Of a DNA stretch of 64,000 nt, positions 33,581 to 45,300 are shown in pieces (position 1 is the stretch's first letter; every line of letters begins with the position of its first letter). The DNA is from Eledone cirrhosa. Taxonomy: Eukaryota. Under the pieces are notes generated by a model that did no database searches, was not told the origin of the DNA, and saw nothing but the letters and a program-made list of their open reading frames with translations. The stretch spans positions 35,836,001 to 35,900,000 of the forward strand of contig OZ024748.1 of NCBI GenBank assembly GCA_964016885.1. Reading direction: 5' to 3'. The position numbers and the translations under genes were made by a program.

Positions 33581-33900
33581 GATCAAAGATTAATATGGTT
33601 CATTGATTACTCAATGAATATAGTTTAAATTAAAAGCACTCTACAATGATGTTTTCTGGAGTTATTAATATTATTCAAAATATTAATAAATGAAGACGTT
33701 CACATAATCAAAATATATGTTTTATTATATATATTTCGGAGGTACTGTGCTGTTTTTTCAGCACGTCCTCGTCAGATAAAATTCATGTATTTTATCTGAT
33801 GTGGACGTACTGAAAAAACAGCACAGTACCTCCGAAATATATATAAAACATATATTTTGATTATGTGAACGTCTTCATTTATTAATATTTTGAATAATAT
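33581..33900. mobile_element. Second copy of the 28450 fold-back family; HHR at 33720-33781 (minus) intact, plus-strand copy mutated
   Basis: Arms at about 33669-33782 and 33789-33900; hairpin at 33638-33662 on the minus strand. Confidence 0.85.
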
Positions 33901-33920
33901 ATATATATATATATATATAC

Positions 33921-34186
33921 TATCCAAGGAAAATTCAACTGATAAGGTATGTTCCTTGGCTATGTCAAAATTTATAAAACACTCTTTGTATTTTATCTAA
34001 TGAAAGCGTACCAAAGTTTTTGGAACCCTTGAAATATATATAATAGAATAAATATGGTTTTATAAATATAGCTTCCATTTATTTAATATCATTGAATATT
34101 TACTCCAGAAACTGTCGAGTGCTCTGAATCAGTTATAAACATTTATATTTGTTGAATTACCAACAAAATAAATATCCCTTCTGCTT
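33921..34186 (+). mobile_element. Solo pLTR of the second PLE family; HHR at 33991-34048 with core mutated to CTAATGA
   Basis: Left part is the reverse complement of 54090-54268; right part is the reverse complement of 57660-57750. It therefore joins the element's 3' end to its 5' leader. Confidence 0.85.
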
Positions 34187-34209
34187 ATATATAGAGAAAG
34201 TAGAAACAG

Positions 34210-34254
<45 letters not shown>

Positions 34255-34257
<3 letters not shown>

Positions 34258-34892
34258 AATTAATATCTAGTAACATATATATACATACAGATGCATATCA
34301 ATGCTAGCAAATATATAGGTTTTGTCTTAGTAACTTTGTGGTTCAATGCATGGGGTTGCAGAACGATAATATGAGAGACGTAAAATAAGAAAATTATAAA
34401 ATTAACTTACTTACTAAAATTTCACTCCCAACTAATTAGTTTCTGAAATGGAATAAATATACTTTCCGAAAAAAATATAGAGAAGCATTTCGTCGTCAGG
34501 GAAGACTATTCTCAGCTAAGTATCCAGGCAAAGCGTGGACTCTGGAAACTTATACAAAAATAATTCAGTGGATAGAAAATAGCAAAGCGTGGACTGAATT
34601 CCTAGCCATTGAGAAAATCACTGCCTCTGCGTCGGTGGCAAATTCAAAAAGAATCAATCACGTGACATCGAGGTCAATCAGTGGAAAGTGGTTTGTTATC
34701 CACTGAATTATTTTTGTATAAGTTTCCAGAGTCCATGCTTTGCCTGGATACTTAGCTGAGAATAGTCTTCCCTGACGACGAAATGCTTCTCTATATTTTC
34801 TTCGGAAAGTATATTTATTCCTTTTCAGAAACTAATTAGTTGGGAGTGAAATTTTAGTAAGTAAGTTAATTTTATAATTTTCTTATTTTACG

Positions 34893-34902
<10 letters not shown>
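34255..34902. mobile_element. Fold-back element with ~205-bp arms, each with an HHR (34425-34504 minus, 34767-34846 plus)
   Basis: Arms 34369-34574 and 34697-34902; cttcc CTGACGA cgaaatg...catttca GAAA ctaattag TT gggag; hairpin gttc-tgca..tgca-tt-gaac at 34341-34364 on the minus strand. Confidence 0.8.
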
Positions 34903-34939
<37 letters not shown>

Positions 34940-34940
<1 letters not shown>

Positions 34941-35126
34941 CTGTTTCTACTTTTTGGCGCAATGCCAGCAAATTACCCAGTGCATTACTGGTACTTTATT
35001 TTATCGACCCCGTAAGGATGAAAGGCAAAGTTAACCTCTGCGGGATTTGAACTCAGATCGTAAAGGGACGTAACTCTGCTGGAAAGCATATCCGACCCTC
35101 TACCGATACTGCCAATTCACCGCCCG
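34940..35126 (-). mobile_element. tRNA-derived SINE
   Basis: Near-identical to the reverse complement of 25990-26172. Confidence 0.85.
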
Positions 35127-35327
<201 letters not shown>

Positions 35328-35376
35328 CTGTTATTAATTCTGGCAATATTACGCAAATATGACCCTCCCCAAATAT

Positions 35377-35412
<36 letters not shown>

Positions 35413-35424
35413 AGAAATATCTTC

Positions 35425-35535
35425 GTATTCTGATGAGTTAATCAGAGGTAAATAATGTAATGGAGATCGAGTGACGCAACTTCAAGCGATTAGCGACCTC
35501 TAGACACACCAGATCAATGAAACAATTGTCAATAC
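35425..35535 (+). ncRNA. Type I hammerhead ribozyme with long stem II insertion
   Basis: gtatt CTGATGA gttaatc...gatcaat GAAA caattg TC aatac. Confidence 0.8.
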
Positions 35536-35837
35536 CTGAAATAAAGCCCCTTGTTGTACAGCTGACCATGTTATTTTCATTATTTCACAAATCCCGCCGA
35601 GGTTACGGGGTCGATAAAATAAAGTGCCAGTAATACACTGGGTAATCGCTGGCCTTATGCCAAAAATGGAAACAATCATTTCATTATTATTACTACAAGT
35701 ATAACCTGCATAGGAATTACCGCGAACTCGCTGCCTAACTATGGATACATCTTGTTGAGCTAAACATATATATATATATGACAAATATGGGGAGAAGAAT
35801 ATTGCATGGTTGCACATGGATTAGATGTTATAAAATG

Positions 35838-35940
35838 AGTCCCTCATCAGTGATTTGCCAACGATCATTGGTATTTCATCGCATTAAAAATCATATACCT
35901 CACGTTGGTGCAATAATAACTAAAATATGTTATTAGGACA
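35838..35940 (-). ncRNA. Strand-permuted hammerhead-like RNA, variant 3
   Basis: gtcc taataac-loop-gttatta ttgca ccaacg tga ggta TA tgattt ttaatgcgat GAAA tacc aatgat cgttgg c aaatca CTGATGA g ggac. Confidence 0.65.
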
Positions 35941-36371
35941 ATTGAAACGCGTAAAGCGAGTGAGACAAGTAAACAACACAGGGGAAAGCTAACCGAAGAT
36001 AGAAAGAAACACAAGCTACATGGTTATTCTGTCAGTATAAGCTGGGTGAATATATCAGCGAGTAAGAAATAGACATTCCGCTAGTGAATCCGATGTAAGA
36101 AAGAAGGAAAATCGTTTTCGTAGCGAACGGGGGGAAGTGAGAAGGGGAGAAACAGAGAGTGAGTGAGTGGAAGTGCGAGGAAGAGGTCAGTAGAGAGAAA
36201 GTGTTAACTGACATGACAGAGGGGACGAAAGAAAGTAAGAGAAACAGAGAGAACGAGGGAGCAGTAAGAGAGAAAGAGAGAAACACAGAATCGCAGTTTA
36301 GGTAAATATATGTGAAAAATATGGGGAGAAGAATACTGCATGGTTGCACATGGATTAGATGTTATAAAATG

Positions 36372-36474
36372 AGTCCCTCATCAGTGATTTGCCAACGATC
36401 ATTGGTATTTCATCGCATTAAAAATCATATACCTCACGTTGGTGCAATAATAACTAAAATAAGTTATTAGGACA
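36372..36474 (-). ncRNA. Strand-permuted hammerhead-like RNA, tandem duplicate of variant 3
   Basis: Identical to 35838-35940 apart from one loop substitution. Confidence 0.65.
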
Positions 36475-37709
36475 ATTGAAACGCGTAAAGCGAGTGAGAC
36501 AAGTAAACAACACAGGGGAAAGCTAACCGAAGATAGAAAGAAACACAAGCTACATGGTTATTCTGTCAGTATAAGCTGGGTGAATATATGAGCTAGTAAG
36601 ATATAGACCTTCCGCTAGTGAATCCGATGTAAGAAAGAAGGAAAATCGTTTTCGTAGCGAACGGGGGGGGAAGTGGGAAGGGGAGAAACAGAGAGTGAGA
36701 TATATATATATAATCATCTTGACCGACCAGTCTGTCGGGCGACATTCGGTGCCTCTGGTCATACCACGTGCTGTTTTAGCCATACGATGGCGCCATCCCA
36801 CTGGCTGGGCGGGCAGGCCGTAAGTCTAAAGTCTGTCTTATATATGTATATGAATGACAGAATTGATAAATTTTCGGCCTGAATACCTTTCGGAGTTTAG
36901 CTGAAGGTGTTAATATTCTGAGTTCGAATTGCGGTTGAAGTTAATTCTGTCATTTCTCCTTCCTGGGGTGGGGTGGGGTGGGATATGTATCAATATAGTT
37001 GGGAGAAGTTCGGTAGAATAAAATATTCTTCATTCCAATAATTTCTGGCCTCATGCGTAAGAGAGAAATCGATATATAACTTTGATAGAAATCGATATAT
37101 ACCTGCGTAAGAAAGAAATCGATATTACGTACCTTTTGAGGGAGAGACATTGAGTAGCAGAAGGAATCGGTAGAAACAGGGAAGAAAATTCTGTGATGTG
37201 TTTAGTTACGTCCCTTAATGTTCTGAAGTTCAAATCTCGCAGTGGTGAGCGGTGGAATTGGTCGGTAGAGGTGATAAACACAACCTATTTGATCCATTTT
37301 GTAGGCCAGCAGGAGCTCATCCCACTGTCCGGATCAGGATAGCGACCCTCGGCACCTAAGCAACCAGTCAAGTACTGGGATCAATATAATCGACTTTCTC
37401 GTCCCCCAAAACTGTTGGCCTTCAGCCTAGATTAGAAATCATTTACACGTAATCAATAAAACGTGATACAAACCGAATACTGGATCTATGTCAGAAAATC
37501 TGATTACTTTTATGTCTTTTAATGTTTTTTAACGTCTTTTAATGCTCCCAATTCTTCCGATTCTTGAGTTTCTCCTGTTTCTATCTCCTCACAAGTAATC
37601 TACAGTAATTGTGATATTGGAAGGTTGTAAGGTCGACATTAAAACATCAGGAAACAACATTCCTATATAATCCTTTCCTCTACTTTTGGCGAGTTACTGT
37701 AGATGAAGT

Positions 37710-37803
<94 letters not shown>

Positions 37804-38120
37804 GCATTTTATACACACCACACACCAGCATGTATATACACATACACAGCCACAAACACACGTATGCTCACACAAACTAATCCACACATACCAACATATA
37901 TTTATATATAGACGCAAACACATACGCACACACACACCAACATGTATTCATACACAAACACAGACACAATGGATGTATAAATAAATAGATAGATAGATAC
38001 ATACATACATACATTGGCAGGCATGGATATAACCGCCGATAACATTCAATCCCTAAAAATAATATTAAATACAATGTATCATATATCATATATATATATA
38101 TCTATATATATATATATATA

Positions 38121-38902
38121 CAAAATTAAGATAAATTAAATGAATTTAATCTAAATCAAAATTATGGGTGTCATGCCAGTAGACATGCGCCATATCACCC
38201 GGAAAATAAGCTCTAAGATTCTAACGAGTAGGTCCGAGCATTTTATAATAACTAGATGTGTGGTTACACACTTGTAAAAACTATCTCCTGTGATTATTCA
38301 TGTTTATTTATATGTTAATCAATTTCTAGTTATTATAAAATGCTCGGACCTACTCGTTAGAATCTTAGAGCTTATTTTCCGGGTGATATGGCGCATGTCT
38401 TTCTGGCATGACACCCATAATTTTGATTTAGATTAAATTCATTTAATTTATCTTAATTTTGGATATAGATATATAAATACGGCTCCTTAATTGTAGAGCT
38501 AACTCTGTTGAAAGGACTCGACTGCTGTTTCTAGTTGTCGATACCCTATTCACGCCACTGGGACGAAGCTACTATGATGTGTGTATTTCTAGTAAATACA
38601 ACACGTGGTGAAGCTAGTCGCAGATTTGAACTTGAAGTGTAAACGCGGATTGCTGGAACTTCTTCCTTGTTGAAAATCCAAGTCCCCACTTCCGTGGTTT
38701 ACCATCCGATTAATTGGTGAAATATATTTCTTTAATGGAATATATACAGGGAAGATTAATCATATTATAAGGTATCTATTTTTGAAGTTCTGGTCAACTT
38801 TATTTAGTTAACAACTTAGCTATGTGTGGTTACACACTTGTAAAAATTATCTCCTGTGATTATTCATGTTTATTTATATGTTAATCAATTTCTAGCTATT
38901 AT
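38121..38902 (+). mobile_element. Fold-back plus partial-tandem non-coding element (566-bp period)
   Basis: Inverted arms 38121-38256 and 38325-38461; 38256-38336 is repeated at 38822-38902; (TA)n on both sides; hairpin variant at 38482-38499. Confidence 0.75.
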
Positions 38903-39317
38903 ATATATATGTGATACAATCAGAGATTTAATATATTTATTGTTTGTATGAAATAAGTGAAAGAGAAAGAGATAGAGGTGTGTGTGTCGGAGAGGGGGGG
39001 GGGGGAGATGTTACAATTTTACGATGTAATTTAAATTGTATTAATTACATCAGTGATTGATTTAAATGTAATTAGTTTGATGTTCCCAACCATTAATTTA
39101 TTTAACATCACGTTATCTGCATTATGTTTAGTTAACGAATTATTATATTGAACACGTTATCGATCACTGGATAATTGTGTTTGTCAGAACATCATAAAAC
39201 ATCACGTGATAGCTCATCTACTTAGCTCCCTCCCTTTACCTCCTCAGTTCAAATGGCGTCCCTGGGCCACCGATATTTTACTGGTTTCAGTCACTGGACT
39301 GGCAATTATACAGGGAT

Positions 39318-42300
39318 AAAGGGTTACACAGGACTGACAGTTATGTGGGGACACTATCTTTAAAGGGTTAGACAGGACGGACAGTTATGTGGGGACACTG
39401 TCTTTCAAGGGTTAGACAGGACGGACAGTTATGTGGGGACACTGTCTTTAAAGGGTTAGGCAGAACTGACAGTTATGTGGGAACACTGTCTTTAAAGGGT
39501 TAGACAGGACTGACAGTTATGTGGGAACACTGTCTTTAAAGGGTTATACAGGACTGACAGTTATGTGGGGACACTGTCTTTAAAGGGTTAGATAGGACTG
39601 ACAGTTATGTGGGGACACTGTCTTTAAAGGGTTAGACAGGACTGACAGTTATGTGGGGACACTATCTTTGAAGGGTTAGACAGGACTGATAGTTATGTGG
39701 GGACACTGTCTTTAAAGGGTTAGACAGGACTGACAGTTATGTGGGGACACTATCTTTAAAGGGTTAGACAGGACTAACAGTTATGTGGGGACACTGTCTT
39801 TAAAGGGTTAGACAGGACTGACAGTTATGTGGGGACACTGTCTTTAAAGGGTTAGACAGAACTGACAGTTATGTGGGGACACTGTCTTTAAAGGGTTAGA
39901 CAGGACTGACAGTTATGTGGGAACACTGTCTTTAAAGGGTTAGACAGGACTGCCAGTTATGTGGGGACACTGTCTTTAAAGGATTAGACAGGAGTGACAG
40001 TTATGTGGGGACACTGTCTTTAAAGGGTTAGACAGGACTGACAGTTATGTGGGAACACTATCTTTAAAGGGTTAGACAGGACTGACAGTTATGTGGGGAC
40101 ACTATCTTTAAATGTTTAGACAGGACTGACAGTTATGTGGGGACACTGTCTTTAAAGGGTTAGACAGAACTGACAGTTATGTGGGGACACTGTCTTTAAA
40201 GGGTTAGACAGGACTGACAGTTATGTGGGGACACTGTCTTTAAAGGGTTAGACAGGACTGACAGTTATGTGGGGACACTATCTTTAAAGGGTTAGACAGG
40301 ACGGATAGTTATGTGGGGACACTGTCTTTAAAGGGTTAGATAGGACTGACAGTTATGTGGGGACACTGTCTTTAAAGGGTTAGACAGGACTGACAGTTAT
40401 GTGGGGACACTATCTTTGAAGGGTTAGACAGGACTGACAGTTATGTGGGGACACTGTCTTTAAAGGGTTAGACAGGACTGACAGTTATGTGGGGACACTA
40501 TCTTTAAAGGGTTAGACAGGACTGACAGTTATGTGGGGACACTGTCTTTAAAGGGTTAGACAGGACTGACAGTTATGTGGGGACACTATCTTTAAAGGGT
40601 TAGACGGAACTGACAGTTATGTGGGGATACTGTCTTTAAAGGGTTAGACAGGACTGACAGTTATGTGGGGACACTGTCTTTAAAGGGTTAGACAGGACTG
40701 ACAGTTATGTGGGGACACTATCTTTAAAGGTTTCGACAGGACTGACAGTTATGTGGGGACACTGTCTTTAAAGGGTTAGACAGGACTGACAGTTATGTGG
40801 GGACACTATCTTTAAAGGGTTAGACAGGACTGACAGTTATGTGGGGACACTATCTTTAAAGGTTTCGACAGGACTGACAGTTATGTGGGGACACTATCTT
40901 TAAAGGGTTAGACAGGACTGACAGTTATGTGGGGACACTATCTTTAAAGGGTTAGACAGGACTGACAGTTATGTGGGGACACTGTCTTTAAAGGGTTAGA
41001 CAGAACTGACAGTTATATGGGGACACTATCTTTAAAGGGTTAGACAGGACTGACAGTTATGTGGGGACACTGTCTTTAAAGGGTTAGACAGAACTGACAG
41101 TTATATGGGGACACTATCTTTAAAGGGTTAGACAGAACTGACAGTTATGTGGGGACACTGTCTTTAAAGGGTTATACAGGACTGACAGTTATGTGGGGAC
41201 ACTATCTTTAAAGGGTTAGACAGGAAGGACAGTTATGTGGGGACACTGTCTTTAAAGGGTTAGACAGGACTGACAGTTATATGGGGACACTATCTTTAAA
41301 TGTTTCGACAGGACTGACAGTTATGTGGGGACACTGTCTTTAAAGGGTTAGACAGAACTGACAGTTATGTGGGGACACTATCTTTAAAGGGTTATACAGG
41401 ACTGACAGTTATGTGGGGACACTATCTTTAAAGGGTTAGACAGGACGGATAGTTATGTGGGGACACTGTCTTTAAAGGGTTAGATAGGACTGACAGTTAT
41501 GTGGGGACACTGTCTTTAAAGGGTTAGACAGGACTGACAGTTATGTGGGGACACTATCTTTGAAGGGTTAGACAGGATTGACAGTTATGTGGGGACACTG
41601 TCTTTAAAGGGTTAGACAGGACTGATAGTTATGTGGGGACACTGTCTTTAAAGGGTTAGACAGGACTGACAGTTATGTGGGGACACTGTCTTTAAAGGGT
41701 TAGACAGGACTGACAGTTATGTGGGGACACTGTCTTTAAAGGGTTAGACAGGACTGACAGTTATGTGGGGACACTATCTTTAAAGGGTTAGACAGGACGG
41801 ATAGTTATGTGGGGACACTGTCTTTAAAGGGTTAGATAGGACTGACAGTTATGTGGGGACACTGTCTTTAAAGGGTTAGACAGGACTGACAGTTATGTGG
41901 GGACACTATCTTTGAAGGGTTAGACAGGATTGACAGTTATGTGGGGACACTGTCTTTAAAGGGTTAGACAGGACTGACAGTTATGTGGGGACACTGTCTT
42001 TAAAGGGTTAGACAGGACTGACAGTTATGTGGGGACACTATCTTTAAAGGGTTAGACAGGACGGATAGTTATGTGGGGACACTGTCTTTAAAGGGTTAGA
42101 CAGGACTGACAGTTATGTGGGGACACTGTCTTTAAAGGGTTAGACAGGACTGACAGTTATGTGGGGACACTGTCTTTAAAGGGTTAGACAGGACTGACAG
42201 TTATGTGGGGACACTGACTTTAAAGGGTTAGACAGGACGGATAGTTATGTGGGGACACTATCTTTGAAGGGTTAGACAGGATTGACAGTTATGTGGGGAC

Positions 42301-45300
42301 ACTGTCTTTAAAGGGTTAGACAGGACTGACAGTTATGTGGGGACACTATCTTTAAAGGGTTAGACAGGACTGACAGTTATGTGGGGACACTATCTTTAAA
42401 GGGTTAGACAGGACTGACAGTTATGTGGGGACACTGTCTTTAAAGGGTTAGACAGGACTGACAGTTATGTGGGGACACTATCTTTAAAGGGTTAGACAGG
42501 ACTGACAGTTATGTGGGGACACTATCTTTAAAGGGTTAGACAGGACTGACAGTTATGTGGGGACACTGTCTTTAAAGGGTTAGACAGGACTGACAGTTAT
42601 GTGGGGACACTATCTTTAAAGGGTTAGACAGGACTGACAGTTATGTGGGGACACTATCTTTAAAGGGTTAGACAGGACTGACAGTTATGTGGGGACACTA
42701 TCTTTAAAGGGTTAGACAGGACTGATAGTTATGTGGGGACACTGTCTTTAAAGGGTTAGACAGGACTGACAGTTATGTGGGGACACTATCTTTAAAGGGT
42801 TAGACAGGACTGACAGTTATGTGGGGACACTATCTTTAAAGGGTTAGACAGGACTGACAGTTATGTGGGGACACTGTCTTTAAAGGGTTAGACAGGACGG
42901 ATAGTTATGTGGGGACACTATCTTTGAAGGGTTAGACAGGATTGACAGTTATGTGGGGACACTGTCTTTAAAGGGTTAGACAGGACTGATAGTTATGTGG
43001 GGACACTGTCTTTAAAGGGTTAGACAGGACTGACAGTTATGTGGGGACACTATCTTTAAAGGGTTAGACAGGACTGACAGTTATGTGGGGACACTATCTT
43101 TAAAGGGTTAGACAGGACTGACAGTTATGTGGGGACACTGTCTTTAAAGGGTTAGACAGGATTGACAGTTATGTGGGGACACTATCTTTAAAGGGTTAGA
43201 CGGAACTGACAGTTATGTGGGGATACTGTCTTTAAAGGGTTAGACAGGACTGACAGTTATGTGGGGACACTGTCTTTAAAGGGTTAGACAGGACTGACAG
43301 TTATGTGGGGACACTGTCTTTAAAGGGTTAGACAGGACTGACAGTTATGTGGGGACACTATCTTTAAAGGGTTAGACAGGACTGACAGTTATGTGGGGAC
43401 ACTATCTTTAAAGGTTTCGACAGGACTGACAGTTATGTGGGGACACTATCTTTAAAGGGTTAGACGGAACTGACAGTTATGTGGGGACACTGTCTTTAAA
43501 GGGTTAGACAGGACTGACAGTTATGTGGGGATACTGTCTTTAAAGGGTTAGACAGGACTGACAGTTATGTGGGGACACTGTCTTTAAAGGGTTAGACAGG
43601 ACTGACAGTTATGTGGGGACACTGTCTTTAAAGGGTTAGACAGGACTGACAGTTATGTGGGGACACTATCTTTAAAGGGTTAGACAGGACTGACAGTTAT
43701 GTGGGGACACTATCTTTAAAGGTTTCGACAGGACTGACAGTTATGTGGGGACACTATCTTTAAAGGATTAGACAGGACTGACAGTTATGTGGGGACACTG
43801 TCTTTAAAGGGTTAGACAGGACTGACAGTTATGTGGGGACACTGTCTTTAAAGGGTTAGACAGGACTGACAGTTATGTGGGGACACTGTCTTTAAAGGGT
43901 TAGACAGGACTGACAGTTATGTGGGGACACTATCTTTAAAGGGTTAGACAGGACTGACAGTTATGTGGGGACACTATCTTTAAAGGTTTCGACAGGACTG
44001 ACAGTTATGTGGGGACACTATCTTTAAAGGATTAGACAGGACTGACAGTTATGTGGGGACACTGTCTTTAAAGGGTTAGACAGGACTGACAGTTATGTGG
44101 GGACACTGTCTTTAAAGGGTTAGACAGGACTGACAGTTATGTGGGGACACTGTCTTTAAAGGGTTATACAGGACTGACAGTTATGTGGGGACACTATCTT
44201 TAAAGGGTTAGACAGGAAGGACAGTTATGTGGGGACACTGTCTTTGAAGGGTTATACAGGACTGACAGTTATGTGGGGACACTGTCTTTAAAGGGTTAGA
44301 CAGGACTGACAGTTATGTGGTGACACTATCTTTAAAGGGTTAGACAGGACTGACAGTTATGTGGGGACACTGTCTTTAAAGGGTTAGACAGAACTGACAG
44401 TTATGTGGGGACACTGTCTTTAAAGGGTTTGACAGGACTGACAGTTATGTGGGGACACTGTCTTTAAAGGGTTATACAGGACTGACAGTTATGTGGGGAC
44501 ACTATCTTTAAAGGGTTAGACAGGACGGATAGTTATGTGGGGACACTGTCTTTAAAGGGTTAGATATGACTGACAGTTATGTGGGGACACTGTCTTTAAA
44601 GGGTTAGGCAGGACTGACAGTTATGTGGGGACACTGTCTTTAAAGGGTTAGACAGGACTGACAGTTATGTGGGGGACACTATCTTTAAAGGGTTAGACAG
44701 AACTGACAGTTATGTGGGGACACTGTCTTTAAAGGGTTAGACAGGACTGACAGTTATGTGGGGACACTGTCTTTAAAGGGTTAGACAGGACTGACAGTTA
44801 TGTGGGGACACTGTCTTTAAAGGGTTAGATATGACTGACAGTTATGTGGGGACACTATTTTTAAAGGGTTAGACAGGACTGACAGTTATGTGGGGACACT
44901 GTCTTTAAAGGGTTAGACAGGTCTGACAGTTATGTGGGGACACTGTCTTTAAAGGGTTAGACAGGACTGACAGTTATGTGGGGACACTGTCTTTAAAGGT
45001 TTAGACAGGACTGACAGTTATGTGGGGACACTATCTTTAAAAGATTAGACAGAACTGACAGTTATGTGGGGACACTGTCTTTAAAGGGTTAGACAGGACT
45101 GACAGTTATGTGGGGACACTGTCTTTAAAGGGTTAGACAGGAGTGACAGTTATGTGGGAACACTATCTTTAAAGGGTTTGACAGGACTGACCGTTATGTG
45201 GGGACACTATCTTTAAAGGTTTAGACAGGACTGACAGTTATGTGGGGACACTGACTTTAAAGGGTCATACAGGTCTGACAGTTATGTGGGGACACTGTCT

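Larger units (their letters stand above)
35783..36700 (-). mobile_element. Non-coding partial-tandem element, 534-bp period, retrozyme-like
   Basis: 35783-36160 is repeated at 36317-36698; bounded by (TA)n; each repeat carries the permuted hammerhead-like RNA. Confidence 0.75.
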
